Shown: positions 37,518 to 47,510 of the stretch, piece by piece
How the letters are laid out: each line of letters opens with the position of its first letter
Position numbering within the stretch: the first letter of the stretch is position 1
DNA from: Acidimicrobiales bacterium
GTDB taxonomy: Bacteria > Actinomycetota > Acidimicrobiia > Acidimicrobiales > CATQHL01
DNA: 64,000 nt
NCBI GenBank assembly: GCA_965242895.1
Contig: OZ251507.1
Span: 626,276 to 690,275 of the forward strand
Reading direction: 5' to 3'
The notes under the pieces: model-generated
The model's database searches: none
What the model saw: only the letters and a program-made list of their open reading frames with translations
What the model was told of the DNA's origin: nothing
Position numbers and translations under genes: made by a program

Positions 37518-37899
37518 TCTAGAAGACCATCAGCATTCCAAAAAGCGACCAACTCCAACCCAAGTGGTATAATTTCTGGAATAATTTCGCAAGAATTTTC
37601 GCATCCAACCTTTTAGCAGGCATTTCTAAGCCTAGCTCTGAGATCAGACCGAAGATTCGAAGGCTTCGTGTCCCCGTTCCAACGAATAAGACCGGTTTAA
37701 ATTGGGAGGGGTTAACTATTAAACATGCTGGCAAGGACAACGTGATCTGGTGCGAAGAACTTCCCGCAACAGATCAGTTGCCGGTCGTGGAACCGCTCCA
37801 TGCCAGAGAGGAACCAGAAAGACCAGTGCTCGAACCGCGCCGCTCCGTTCTACGCAGAGACGTCATGGAAGGCGGCGATGTGTCGCAGACAGATTAAGA

Positions 37900-38949
37900 G
37901 TGAGTTTCGGGGAGGCACTCTCCACGGCGCGGCGCGCACTCGGCATCTCGCAGAGCGAGATGTCGGAACGGACAGGGGTTGCTCAGGCTGCGCTCTCTCG
38001 CTACGAAAACGATCTGAGAGAGCCGAACGGGGAGATACTCGATGCGCTAGCGGGAGAACTCGGACTCACTCCTGAGTTTCTCCGCAGATCAGACAGGATG
38101 CAAGGAGCGTTTCTTATAGACGCTCACATGCGGCGCAGGGCGACGGCACCAGCGAAGGTCTGGAGGCGGCTTGAAGCTCAACTTAACCTTTACAGATGCC
38201 ATGTTCGTCTCCTGCTAGACGAAATAGACGTGCGTGCAGACCTACGCATCCCCTATTTCGACCCTGACTCGGTCTACCCGGGGGAAGCCGCCCGCATGAC
38301 GCGGACGCAATGGAGAATGCCGACTGGGCCGGTGCAAAACCTAGTGGGATGGATGGAGTCGGCCGGTTTCTTGATCTTCGACAAAGACTTCGGGACGCCC
38401 CGAGTGGATGCACTTTCCCTGTTGGCAAGCGGCTATCCGGTGATGCTGCTCAACGAACAGGCGCATACGGAAAGACGTCGATTTACTCTGGCCCACGAAC
38501 TAGGGCACATCTGTCTGCACAGCGAGTATCAAAGCGACGACGTAGAAGCCGACGCGAACACATTCGCCTCAGAGTTCCTAATGCCCGCCGAAACGATCCG
38601 ACCCCAACTCCGCAACCTGAGCGTCGGGAAGCTGCATAGCCTAAAGCGCCAGTGGAAGGTTTCCATGCAGGCGCTTATCGAACGCGCCTACCAACTCGAA
38701 ACCATCGGTTCCAAGCAATGCTCGAACTTCTACAAGATTTTTAGTCGGAACGGATGGCGCAAGCGTGAACCTCTCAGCGACGAACTGCCGCCAGAAAACC
38801 CTTCCTTACCGAAAGACATCGGTCGGACGTTTCTGGAACGGGGATTGACTGCCGAAGAGATTGAAACCATGACCGGTTTTGCTCCAGGAACAGGACGATG
38901 CCCGTTCTTGCCAGAGAGGCTGGAGAGGCCTGGGCTGCGCATCGTCTGA
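37900..38949 (+). CDS. XRE-family HTH fused to ImmA/IrrE (COG2856) zinc metallopeptidase domain
   Basis: The HTH is LGISQSEMSERTGVAQAALSRYENDLREPNGEILDALAGELGL and the HEXXH motif is FTLAHELGHICLH. The start is uncertain: GTG at 37900 is preferred over the Arg-rich extension from 37750. Confidence 0.8.
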   Translation: MSFGEALSTARRALGISQSEMSERTGVAQAALSRYENDLREPNGEILDALAGELGLTPEFLRRSDRMQGAFLIDAHMRRRATAPAKVWRRLEAQLNLYRCHVRLLLDEIDVRADLRIPYFDPDSVYPGEAARMTRTQWRMPTGPVQNLVGWMESAGFLIFDKDFGTPRVDALSLLASGYPVMLLNEQAHTERRRFTLAHELGHICLHSEYQSDDVEADANTFASEFLMPAETIRPQLRNLSVGKLHSLKRQWKVSMQALIERAYQLETIGSKQCSNFYKIFSRNGWRKREPLSDELPPENPSLPKDIGRTFLERGLTAEEIETMTGFAPGTGRCPFLPERLERPGLRIV

Positions 38950-39003
38950 TTCTTCGAGACCCAACCCGAGCAAGCCCGGATTGAGCGAGCCCGAAAAGCC
39001 GGG

Positions 39004-39783
39004 CTAGGAAACTACTTCGTCTCCTACGGCGCCTATGTGGGACAAGTAGTTGGCGGCCTCTTCCAAGACGAACGCCATGTCCACTGCGTCGATTTCGACC
39101 TCGGCGTCCTGGGCTCGGCGCAAGAGGGCGTCTAGGGCTCCGTCAGCGACCTGCTCGAGTTCGGGCGGAGGCGTTTCGTTCTCGTCGTCACCCGAGTCAT
39201 TCGCCGGCGTCACAGCCGACGCGGGCGACGCGGGTGGCGTCACGGACGGCGCCGGCACGGCCGACGGCACCACGGGCGCGAGCGGGCGCTTGCCTTCGAG
39301 CTTGAAAGCCGCAGCCGCCAGATCGTCAGCCCGTCCGAAAGCCGCTACGCCCATTGACCTCAAGTAGTCCAAGTGCCACGCCAGCAAGAGTTCCACAGCT
39401 TCGGGGCCTAGCCGATCGGAGACGTTGGAAGGCAGTCGGGACAGCACGAACTCCTTGGCCGCTGTGAGGTCGTAGACAGCTACCCGCTCGGTTCGGCCTA
39501 GCCGACTGCTGACACCCCAAACGGTGACGACTGCTATAGCCACCACCAGGAAAGCGGCGATGCCTGTCAATAACCAGAACACACAACAAAGAGTATAAAG
39601 ATTATGCTGAAGAGGTATCTCAGCCGTCCTCCGCCGCTCTACCCGCGGCGAGCCGACGCAGACCTCTTCGACCTCCGAATCCTCCGAATCTCCAGGTCGC
39701 CAGGTCAAGTCGCAGGTCGAGACCGCAACTCCAACGAAGAAGCGAGGAGCCCCCACAATGAGCGAAATCACAAACTCCGACAA
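39004..39783 (-). CDS. hypothetical membrane-anchored protein (start uncertain)
   Basis: It has one clear TM segment (LCCVFWLLTGIAAFLVVAIAVVTVW). The ORF-track start overlaps the divergent MBL gene head-to-head, so the true start of at least one of the two genes is probably internal. Confidence 0.4.
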   Translation of the reverse strand: MSEFVISLIVGAPRFFVGVAVSTCDLTWRPGDSEDSEVEEVCVGSPRVERRRTAEIPLQHNLYTLCCVFWLLTGIAAFLVVAIAVVTVWGVSSRLGRTERVAVYDLTAAKEFVLSRLPSNVSDRLGPEAVELLLAWHLDYLRSMGVAAFGRADDLAAAAFKLEGKRPLAPVVPSAVPAPSVTPPASPASAVTPANDSGDDENETPPPELEQVADGALDALLRRAQDAEVEIDAVDMAFVLEEAANYLSHIGAVGDEVVS

Positions 39784-40537
39784 CTCCGAACGCTCGGCCG
39801 ACGATCCCGCAGCCGTCGACGATCGAGGTATCGAGCACTACTGCTGGAAGCAGATCGGCACTAAGCGTCAAGCCCAGGACGCCGCCCCCACACTGCACTA
39901 CCGAGACGGCCAGATGGAAATCCACCGAGTGGTGGTCGGCGACCTAGACAACAACGTGTTCGTCTGCCGCTGTCGACAGACCGGAGAGGCGGTGCTCATC
40001 GACGCCGCCAACGAGCACGAACTCCTGCTGGAACTTTGCCGTCGCCTGGACGTGCGCTCCGTGCTGGAGACCCACGGACACTCAGACCACATAGGAGCGG
40101 TAACCGAACTGCGCAACGCAGGCTACGAAGTCGGCGTCACCGAAGCAGACGCTCACATGCTCCCCTCATACGACCAGATACTGGAAAACGAGTCAGTCAT
40201 CGAAGTAGGTCGGCTGCGTCTGCACTCCACCATCACGCCAGGCCACACGGACGGGTCGATCTGCTTCAAAGTGGAAGGCTCGCCAGTGTTCTTCACTGGC
40301 GACACGCTCTTTCCGGGCGGGCCGGGGCTCACGCGAGACGGCTTTATGCGCCGTGAGGGAAAAGCCCCGCCGGCTCAGTTCGCTACGGGCGACTTCGCAA
40401 CCATCATCCGATCCATCGACGAACTGATGTTCTCCAAGTATCCCCCAGGCACGATCGTCATGCCCGGTCACGGCGACGACACCACTCTCGGCCACGAAAG
40501 CCCTCACCTACAGGAGTGGATAGACCGCGGCTGGTGA
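39758..40537 (+). CDS. MBL-fold metallo-hydrolase (glyoxalase II-like)
   Basis: NVFVCRC...VLIDAANE...VLETHGHSDHIGA...TPGHTDGSICF...GDTLFPGGPG. An alternative start is the ATG at 39914 (MEIHRVVVG). Confidence 0.8.
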   Translation: MSEITNSDNSERSADDPAAVDDRGIEHYCWKQIGTKRQAQDAAPTLHYRDGQMEIHRVVVGDLDNNVFVCRCRQTGEAVLIDAANEHELLLELCRRLDVRSVLETHGHSDHIGAVTELRNAGYEVGVTEADAHMLPSYDQILENESVIEVGRLRLHSTITPGHTDGSICFKVEGSPVFFTGDTLFPGGPGLTRDGFMRREGKAPPAQFATGDFATIIRSIDELMFSKYPPGTIVMPGHGDDTTLGHESPHLQEWIDRGW

Positions 40538-40685
40538 GCGCCGACAGCGCCAGGTGGCTGACGGCTATCTGGCAGGTGGCTGGCCGCCGCCGTGGAGGAG
40601 CGCACGACCCTGAGAGGAGAGTCGCTGCTATAGAGGGCGGGAGACACGGCTATAGAACAGGGGCTGCGGGCGTAGACTGAAGAAC

Positions 40686-41588
40686 GTGAGTTCCACGCTC
40701 AGTCCCGCGCCTAGCGCTGACCCCGACCTGCAGGCAGCACCCGAAGCCGCTCCCGAGCCCAGCGCCGGCCCTGCTCCCCAAGCCGAATCCAGCGACCCCG
40801 ACCTCGAAGCCTGCCCGAGCCCCGAGCCGCTGTTCGTCATCGAAGGACTGCATGTTTTCGCTGCTGCCTCAGAAAACGGCGGGGAAAAAGGCGGCAGCCA
40901 CATACTCAAAGGCGTCGACCTGGAGATTGGTGCGGGCGAACTGCACGCCCTGATGGGGCCGAACGGCTCGGGCAAGTCCACGCTCGCAGCCGCCCTCATG
41001 GGCAGTCCCGAGTACCGGATCACCGACGGGGAAGTGCGTTTCAAAGGCACTGACATCACCGACTGGAGCCCCGACGAGCGAGCCAAGTCCGGCCTCTTCC
41101 TGGCGTTCCAATATCCGCAAGCCATCGTGGGGGTGTCGGTGCTGAACTTCCTGCGTCAGTCCATGACCGCCCGCACGGGAACTGAAACCTCCATACTGCA
41201 GCTGCGCATGAAGATCATGGAGTGGATGGAGCACCTGCAGATGGACCCGTCGTTTGCCGACCGCTGCATCAACGAAGGGTTCTCCGGCGGCGAGAAGAAA
41301 CGCAACGAGATACTGCAGATGGCCATCCTCCAGCCCGAAATGGCCATACTCGACGAGACGGACTCCGGCCTGGACATAGACGCCCTGAAGGTGGTGGCGG
41401 ATGGTATCGGCTCAGTGTCGCAGCAGAACCCCCGCCTAGGCGTGCTGGCCATCACCCACTACCAGCGCCTGCTGAACTACCTCACCCCCGACTACGTGCA
41501 TATCCTGCTCGACGGGCGGATCGTCGAAGTCGGCGACATCTCCCTGGCGCGCAAGCTAGAACGCCGCGGCTACGGGGCTTGGCGCTGA
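40686..41588 (+). CDS. sufC: SufC-like Fe-S cluster assembly ATPase (paralog 2)
   Basis: GELHALMGPNGSGKSTLAAALMGSPEYRITDGEVRFKG.DITDWSPDERAKSGLFLAFQYP...FSGGEKKRNEILQMAIL.P..AILDETDSGLDIDAL. The ~50-aa low-complexity N-terminus makes the GTG start uncertain. Confidence 0.85.
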   Translation: MSSTLSPAPSADPDLQAAPEAAPEPSAGPAPQAESSDPDLEACPSPEPLFVIEGLHVFAAASENGGEKGGSHILKGVDLEIGAGELHALMGPNGSGKSTLAAALMGSPEYRITDGEVRFKGTDITDWSPDERAKSGLFLAFQYPQAIVGVSVLNFLRQSMTARTGTETSILQLRMKIMEWMEHLQMDPSFADRCINEGFSGGEKKRNEILQMAILQPEMAILDETDSGLDIDALKVVADGIGSVSQQNPRLGVLAITHYQRLLNYLTPDYVHILLDGRIVEVGDISLARKLERRGYGAWR

Positions 41589-41590
41589 AA

Positions 41591-42880
41591 GTGCCCGCAC
41601 TCCGCAAAGCGCCCGCACCTGACGAGGCGCCCGCACTCCGCAAAGCGCCCGCACTCGACGCCGCCTCGTTGAAGACCGACTTCCCCCTGCTAGCTCGGGA
41701 GGTGCACGACAAGCCCATCGTCTACCTGGACTCCGCAGCCACTTCGCAGAAGCCCCAGTCGGTGCTCGACGCGATGGACGACTACTACAGGCTCATCAAC
41801 GCCAACGTCCACCGCGGCGCCTATTACATAGCGGACTTGGCGACGCAGGAGATGGAAGAAACCCGCGCCAAAGTGCAGCGGTTCATCGGCGCAGCCTCGC
41901 CCAGTGAGGTGATCTTCACCAAGAACGCCACCGAAGCGCTGAACCTAGTAGCACATAGTTGGGGGCGCACCCGCCTGAGCGAAGGCGACGCCATCCTGAC
42001 GACCCTCATGGAGCACCACGCCAACATCGTCCCGTGGCACATCCTCTGCGCCGAGCGCGGCACCCAACTCCGCTGGCTCCCACTTGACGACGACGGCCTC
42101 CTCGCCCTCGACAAACTCGACGAACTGCTAGACGGCACCAACCTGGTGGTGCTCACGGCCATGTCCAATGTGCTAGGCAGCATCCCGCCGGTGAGGCGCA
42201 TCGCCGATGCAGCCCACGAAAGGGGAGCAGTGGTGGTGCTCGACGGCGCCCAGTATGTCCCTCACATGCCCACGGACGTAGAAGCGCTGGGCGTCGACTT
42301 CCTGGCGTTCTCCGGCCACAAGATGTGCGGACCCACGGGTATCGGCGTGTTGTGGGGGCGTGAGGAACTGCTGGACGCCATGCCGCCTTTCCTCGGCGGC
42401 GGGGAGATGATCCTCAACGTCACGACCGAAGGCTTCCTCCCCAACAAACTGCCCTGGAAGTTCGAGGCCGGCACGCCGCCGATAGCTGAAGCGGTGGGGT
42501 TGGGAGCCGCCGTGGACTATCTGGAAAACATCGGCATGGAGGAGGTCAGGAAGCACGACAAGGCGCTGATCGACTACGCAATGCGGAGCTTGCCTGATCG
42601 TTTTGGCGACGTGCTGAAGATACACGGACCGACCGACACGAAAGTGCGCGGCGGAGTGTTGTCGTTCGAATACGGCAGCATCCACGCCCACGACATCTCC
42701 CAGGTTCTAGACGGAGACGCAGTGTGCGTACGGGCAGGGCATCACTGCGCCAAGCCGCTGATGGACCTCCTGGGCGTGGCGGCCACGGCGCGTGCGTCGG
42801 TCTACTTCTACAACGATGAGTCCGATATCGACCGCCTCGCAGAAGCCCTGGAACGAGTGGGCGAAGTGTTCGGCAACTGA
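41591..42880 (+). CDS. sufS: cysteine desulfurase SufS
   Basis: FPLLAREVHDKPIVYLDSAATSQKP..VLDAM..YY...NANVHRG...SGHKMCGPTGIGVLWGR...RAGHHCAKPL. I prefer the GTG at 41591, 3 nt after the sufC stop, over the ORF-track start at 41222. Confidence 0.9.
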   Translation: MPALRKAPAPDEAPALRKAPALDAASLKTDFPLLAREVHDKPIVYLDSAATSQKPQSVLDAMDDYYRLINANVHRGAYYIADLATQEMEETRAKVQRFIGAASPSEVIFTKNATEALNLVAHSWGRTRLSEGDAILTTLMEHHANIVPWHILCAERGTQLRWLPLDDDGLLALDKLDELLDGTNLVVLTAMSNVLGSIPPVRRIADAAHERGAVVVLDGAQYVPHMPTDVEALGVDFLAFSGHKMCGPTGIGVLWGREELLDAMPPFLGGGEMILNVTTEGFLPNKLPWKFEAGTPPIAEAVGLGAAVDYLENIGMEEVRKHDKALIDYAMRSLPDRFGDVLKIHGPTDTKVRGGVLSFEYGSIHAHDISQVLDGDAVCVRAGHHCAKPLMDLLGVAATARASVYFYNDESDIDRLAEALERVGEVFGN

Positions 42881-43025
42881 GGTGACGAACTTCCAGTCGA
42901 ACTGCCAGTCGGCAAGGGTATGCACCTCGCCTTCAACAAACCAGACGAGACGATGGGAGAGGCACACGGGGGGACGCTGGGGGGCGGGCGCATGGGGCTG
43001 AGATGCTCCGGGGACGGAACTGAGC

Positions 43026-43481
43026 ATGCCCGGGCTTGAAGACCTGTACAGAGAGGTCGTGTTGGACCACTACCGCAACCCGCGCAACCGCGGGGAGTTG
43101 GCCTGTCCGCCTGCCCGTCGCACCGAAGGTTTCAACCCGCTCTGCGGCGACGAGGTGATCGTCTACGTGGCGACCGACGACGGCGGCGATGTGATCACCG
43201 ATTTGCGCGTCGACGGACAGGGGTGTTCAATCAGCCAAGCTGCCGCTTCGATGATGTCGGTGAGCGTGAAGGGGAAGACCATAGCCGAGGTCAGGGCGCT
43301 CGAACAAGCTTTCAAAGCGATGATGGACATCCACGAAGGGACGGAGGGGGACGACGGAACCCCCGATCCTGCCACTCTGGGAGACTTGGCCGCCCTACAG
43401 GGTGTGAAGAAGTTTCCTGTAAGGATCAAGTGTGCGACGCTGTGCTGGAACACTCTGGCAGAGGGGTTGGAGGAGGGGTAG
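43026..43481 (+). CDS. sufU: SufU/IscU-type Fe-S scaffold or sulfur-acceptor protein
   Basis: LYREVVLDHYRNPRNRG...NPLCGDEV...DGQGCSISQAAASMM...FPVRIKCATLCW. Confidence 0.9.
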   Translation: MPGLEDLYREVVLDHYRNPRNRGELACPPARRTEGFNPLCGDEVIVYVATDDGGDVITDLRVDGQGCSISQAAASMMSVSVKGKTIAEVRALEQAFKAMMDIHEGTEGDDGTPDPATLGDLAALQGVKKFPVRIKCATLCWNTLAEGLEEG

Positions 43482-43582
43482 GGGGAAACACCCTCTTGAC
43501 CAGGCCGCCCCTGCGGGTCAGGGGAACGCTCCGCGCTCCGATTAGGAAGGATTGGGGAGGGGTTGGGAAGGGCTGGGAGACT

Positions 43583-43876
43583 TCAGAGGAGTTTGTTGAC
43601 GCGCCTTGCGAATTCGAAGTCGAGGTCGGTGATGCCGCCGGCCGAGTGGTTGCTGATCTCGATGGACACCTTGTTCCACACATTCGACCACTCGGGATGG
43701 TGAAACAAGCGCTCGGCCACGCAAGCAACGGAGGCCATGAAGCCGAATGCGGCGGTGAAGTCGGCGAATTCGAAGTCCCTTGCCAGGGCGCCGCCGCGCC
43801 TCCTCCATCCAGAGATTTCCGACAGGCGGGCTTCGATCACGTCGTCGGCTAGCAGTTGGTTGCTGTCTTGGCTCAC
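43583..43876 (-). CDS. 4a-hydroxytetrahydrobiopterin (pterin-4-alpha-carbinolamine) dehydratase
   Basis: ...FEFADFTAAFGFMASVACVAERLFHHPEWSNVWNKVSIEISNHSAGGITDLDFEFA. Confidence 0.85.
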   Translation of the reverse strand: MSQDSNQLLADDVIEARLSEISGWRRRGGALARDFEFADFTAAFGFMASVACVAERLFHHPEWSNVWNKVSIEISNHSAGGITDLDFEFARRVNKLL

Positions 43877-43995
43877 GACCGCAACCCTACCCCCGACTGA
43901 ACCCCATCACTTCAGAGACCGACCCCTCTAGACCTCAGAAACCGACCCCCAGATCTCTAGCAGTTCTCTAGCAGCCCGCACCAAGTCACCCCGAC

Positions 43996-44844
43996 CTAGC
44001 CGCCTCTTCGCCCGAGTCGCCCCAGCGAAACGGCCACCTCTTCGGGCTGAGCCCAGCGTTCGTAGCCGCTTCGTTCCAGTTCGTCTGCCAAATTCGGGCC
44101 GCCCGAGGACACTATGCGTCCGCGCATCAGGATGTGCACGTGGTCGGCGCGCAGTTCTTTCAACAGTCGGGAATAGTGGGTGATCGCCAACACACCCAAA
44201 CCATCTTCGGTGGCGGCCCGCTCGATGCGACGAGAGACGTCGCGCAGTGCGTCGATGTCGAGACCTGAATCGATCTCGTCGAGAATCGCTATGACAGGCC
44301 TCAGCACGGCAAGCTGCAAGGCCTCTCCCCGCTTCTGCTCGCCGCCCGAGAAATCCACGTTCACAGATCTTTCCAGGAGTTGCTGCGGTACGCCCAGCAG
44401 GTCGGCTTCGGCGGCGATGCGCTCGGCTAGGCCAGCGACGGGCGGGCAAGGATTGCCGGAAGGCATCTCGTCGGCGGACACCTCAGCAGATCGGGCGTCC
44501 ATGGCGGCTCGGCGACCAGACGAGGCGGCCAGCGCTGCCGCCAACATGTCCACGAGGGAGACGCCGGGCACTTCGGTGGGATACTGCATGGCCAGGAAAA
44601 GGCCGGCCTGCGCCCGTTCGAACGGAGTCAACTCGAGGAGGTCGACGCCGTCGAGGCTCACCCTGCCATCGACCACTTCGTAGCCAGAGCGCCCCATCAG
44701 AACGTGAGCCAGCGTGGATTTGCCAGAGCCGTTCGGCCCCATGACGGCGTGGACCTCGCCTCTGTGCACGTGCAGGTCGACCCCTCGGAGAATCAATTCG
44801 CCTCCGGCCATCACCTTGAGACCCTCCACTATCAGTTCGCTCAT
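43996..44844 (-). CDS. sufC: Fe-S cluster assembly ATPase SufC (paralog 1, with internal insert)
   Basis: MSELIVEGLKV...GEVHAVMGPNGSGKSTLAHVLMG...GLFLAMQYP...FSGGEQKRGEALQLAVLRP..AILDEIDSGLDIDAL...LAITHY. Confidence 0.9.
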   Translation of the reverse strand: MSELIVEGLKVMAGGELILRGVDLHVHRGEVHAVMGPNGSGKSTLAHVLMGRSGYEVVDGRVSLDGVDLLELTPFERAQAGLFLAMQYPTEVPGVSLVDMLAAALAASSGRRAAMDARSAEVSADEMPSGNPCPPVAGLAERIAAEADLLGVPQQLLERSVNVDFSGGEQKRGEALQLAVLRPVIAILDEIDSGLDIDALRDVSRRIERAATEDGLGVLAITHYSRLLKELRADHVHILMRGRIVSSGGPNLADELERSGYERWAQPEEVAVSLGRLGRRGG

Positions 44845-44876
44845 TGCTTTACCACCTTCTGCCGGCGCCGGTTGGG

Positions 44877-45236
44877 TCAGCCGTCGGTGCCGGAAGCTTC
44901 GGAATCGGAATTCGCCTCGAGGGTCGGAAGTTCGACGTACACGCCGTCGTCTTCCACCGACACCTCATAGGCAGCCACCCGACGAGTGGCAGGCAGGGTG
45001 AGCGGTTCCCCCGTCCGCAGGTCGAAAAGGCTGCCGTGCTTGGGGCATTCCAGGGTGCAGTCGAAGTTGTCCACTTCGCCGTCGGCCAGGGAATAGTCGG
45101 CGTGGCTGCACCTGTCTCCTATGGCGAAATAGTCGCCGCCGATCCGCACCAAGGCGATGCGGTGACCGGACGCTTCGAAGCGGCGCGCCGTGCCGTCGGG
45201 CAGGTCTTCGATGCCGCAAAGACGGGCGGTGCTCAT
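44877..45236 (-). CDS. Rieske [2Fe-2S] ferredoxin (suf-associated)
   Basis: CSHADYSLADG...CPKHGSLFDLRTGEP gives the CxH...CxxH Rieske ligands. It overlaps the sufD stop by 4 nt. Confidence 0.85.
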   Translation of the reverse strand: MSTARLCGIEDLPDGTARRFEASGHRIALVRIGGDYFAIGDRCSHADYSLADGEVDNFDCTLECPKHGSLFDLRTGEPLTLPATRRVAAYEVSVEDDGVYVELPTLEANSDSEASGTDG

Positions 45237-46669
45237 CGGGCGCCCGCCTGCCCACGGGGGACGCCCGCCTGCACATGGGGGGCGCCCACCTGCACATGGG
45301 GAGTGAGTTTTGCGCTCACCAAGCCACCTAGCGCTTCGGCTAGTTCCTGCACCGGCAGACGACGTGCCACCTCACCAAAGTATCCCTCCACAATGAGCCG
45401 CTCGGCCATGTCGGGGGGCACTCCCCTGCTCTCGAGGTAAAAACGCTGGGCTTCGTCGAGCGGGCCTACGGAAGTGGCGTGGGCACAGCGCACGTCGTTG
45501 TTTTCGATCTCCAGGTTGGGCACCGATTCCGCCCAGACATCCTCGGCGAGTTTGAGGATGCGGTTGGTTTGCACGGCATCAGTGCCGCGCGCCTGAGGCC
45601 CCACGCGGATGAGGCCGGAATATATGGAGCGGGCTTCGTCGTCCACCGCCCCCACAAACAGCAGGTTGCTGTTTGTGTCGGGGGCGTCATGGTTCTGAAA
45701 AGTGCGAAAGTCGTGAACCTGGCGGCGGTCGGCGAAGTACATGGCGGATATGTCGCCGGTGGAACCTCTGCCCGCCAAACTGCAGTCGGTTCGCAGGCGG
45801 GCGTAAGAGCCGCCGACCGCCGCCAAGCCCACGCTCAGGTGCGCCTGAGCGTCGACCACAGCTGCAGTGGAGGCGACGGCGGTGGTGTGATAGCCGAGTT
45901 CCTGGATCGACAGATATCCGAGGTGTGCGCCCGCCCCTAACTTGATTTCCACCACTGGTGCTGCGAAGGTCGAAGAGTCGTCGGATGTGTATAGGTCGAT
46001 GATCCGAGCTTCGGCTCCTTCACCGACCGTCACCAGGAGGCGGGGGAACACGGCGGCGGCTTCTGCGTCGAGGATGTGTGCCACGACGACAGGGGAAGCT
46101 ATGCGTACGCCTTGGGGTATATGTATGTGGATCGGGGCGGCGCTGAGAGCGTCGTTTAGGAGAATGAAGGCGTCAGGCAAGTCCGTGGCTGCGGTGGCAA
46201 GGACGCTGCCGAGACCGGGGTCAGCGGGGGCATCGGCGGCGGGAGCGGAGGGGGAAGCGAAGGCGGCATCAGAGTTAACAGAATTGGGGCGCCCGACGCC
46301 CTCGGCGAGAGAAACAACATCCAGACCGGCTGCGGCGGCTTCGGGAGCGACCTCGACACGCACAACGGCACCGTTCCGAACGACGACCAAGCCGCCGGTC
46401 AGTCCGAAACGCTCCGACATCCGCTGCGGCAGGTCGGAGGCAGACGGCTGAGGTTCCGAACTGAAATCCGTCAGGCGGTACTCACCCAAGTCGATCTCCC
46501 CGACCGGGCTGTAGCGCCAGACCTCTTCGGCTTCAGAAGGAAGCTCGGACGTGCGTAGAGCTTCGGCGGCAGCCACCCGGCGGCGACGCAGCCAGTCTGC
46601 GCCCGGCAAGGCGGCAGCATCATTGACCGAGCAGAAGCGGCCGAGTCCAGTCATCGGAGCATCAGTCAC
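45233..46669 (-). CDS. sufD: Fe-S cluster assembly protein SufD
   Basis: The C-terminal ...TDAVQTNRILKLAEDVWAESVPNLEIENNDVRCAHATSVGPLDEAQRFYLESRGVP...A..LIV.GYF is the SufB/D beta-helix region. Confidence 0.85.
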   Translation of the reverse strand: MTDAPMTGLGRFCSVNDAAALPGADWLRRRRVAAAEALRTSELPSEAEEVWRYSPVGEIDLGEYRLTDFSSEPQPSASDLPQRMSERFGLTGGLVVVRNGAVVRVEVAPEAAAAGLDVVSLAEGVGRPNSVNSDAAFASPSAPAADAPADPGLGSVLATAATDLPDAFILLNDALSAAPIHIHIPQGVRIASPVVVAHILDAEAAAVFPRLLVTVGEGAEARIIDLYTSDDSSTFAAPVVEIKLGAGAHLGYLSIQELGYHTTAVASTAAVVDAQAHLSVGLAAVGGSYARLRTDCSLAGRGSTGDISAMYFADRRQVHDFRTFQNHDAPDTNSNLLFVGAVDDEARSIYSGLIRVGPQARGTDAVQTNRILKLAEDVWAESVPNLEIENNDVRCAHATSVGPLDEAQRFYLESRGVPPDMAERLIVEGYFGEVARRLPVQELAEALGGLVSAKLTPHVQVGAPHVQAGVPRGQAGAR

Positions 46670-46738
46670 CGACAGGCGTCAAAGGAGATAGCGGAAGATG
46701 GGGGCGCAGTCAGGGAAAAGATCGCAAATCCAGGCAAC

Positions 46739-47143
46739 CTAGGGGCGACGACCTCTGCCCCGCCGCTTGCCGTTTCGCCCGCCGCCCGACCGCCGCCCCC
46801 GCCGTGAGGAGGGTCGACGTCGAAATCGCCTAGGACGGTTCTGTTCAGCCTCGACCTCGGCGATGATGCGGGCGCCCGCTAGGTTCACCACGTCTTCGGC
46901 TTCGTCGAGGAGTGCAGCCACCGAGTCGTCCTTGCCCACCGAGTCGGGCTCGTCAGGAGTGCGTCCGACGGCGAGTGAACCGTACGACCAGCTCACGTCC
47001 ACCCGTCGTTTCACGTATGCCTCGCAGTCCTCTGGACAGCGCCAAGGAGCTTCCGGAGCCAGATCGAGGTTGCATTTACGCACCGTGTCGCCGCCGCTGT
47101 AGGTGCGGCTCTCGAAGTGCTTGCAGTCGTAGCGCATTGGCAT
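46739..47143 (-). CDS. hypothetical Cys-rich protein with Arg/Gly-rich basic tail
   Basis: The ORF has a coding-like N-terminus (MPMRYDCKHFESR...KCNLD...WRCPEDCEAY). I could not assign a family. Confidence 0.45.
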   Translation of the reverse strand: MPMRYDCKHFESRTYSGGDTVRKCNLDLAPEAPWRCPEDCEAYVKRRVDVSWSYGSLAVGRTPDEPDSVGKDDSVAALLDEAEDVVNLAGARIIAEVEAEQNRPRRFRRRPSSRRGRRSGGGRNGKRRGRGRRP

Positions 47144-47381
47144 AAGTCATCTAAGTTTACCGATCCACCAGCGCCCTCTGCGTGCGATTGCGGAAGAGGA
47201 AGGGCTGGGATAGAAAGGCGGGGGGCGAGACGCAAAGGCAAGAGGAGCGGGCGCAAACTCTCTCGATGACGCTGATCAGGGGCGGGCGGTGGTGCGGGGG
47301 GCGCAAAACAAGCGGAACAGGACGCAAAGGCAAGCAAGGGAACAGCCAGCGGACTGATTGAGGACGTCCCTCCCTTTCCCG

Positions 47382-47390
47382 CGGCAAACT
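47382..47390 (+). promoter_or_regulatory. extended -10 promoter element TGCTATACT upstream of TM/coiled-coil paralog A
   Basis: It matches the TGnTAnnnT pattern. Equivalent elements precede paralog B (TGCTATAAT, 50735-50743) and paralog C (TGCTATAGT, 55336-55344). AT-rich sequence follows. Confidence 0.45.
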
Positions 47391-47510
47391 CTGCTATACT
47401 GACACACTTACCGCTAGAATTGCCAATTTTTCCCATTTATGATATCTAGCTAATTTCAATATATTTAAATCATTGTTGAAACTTTTCATAGGAGAAGATA
47501 CACTGAGGCA

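Noticed and set aside
41222-41590. N-terminal 123-codon extension of the SufS ORF overlapping sufC
   Set aside because: The extension is an off-frame, Arg/Pro-rich read-through of sufC. SufS homology begins near LKTDFPLL, and a GTG lies 3 nt after the sufC stop.
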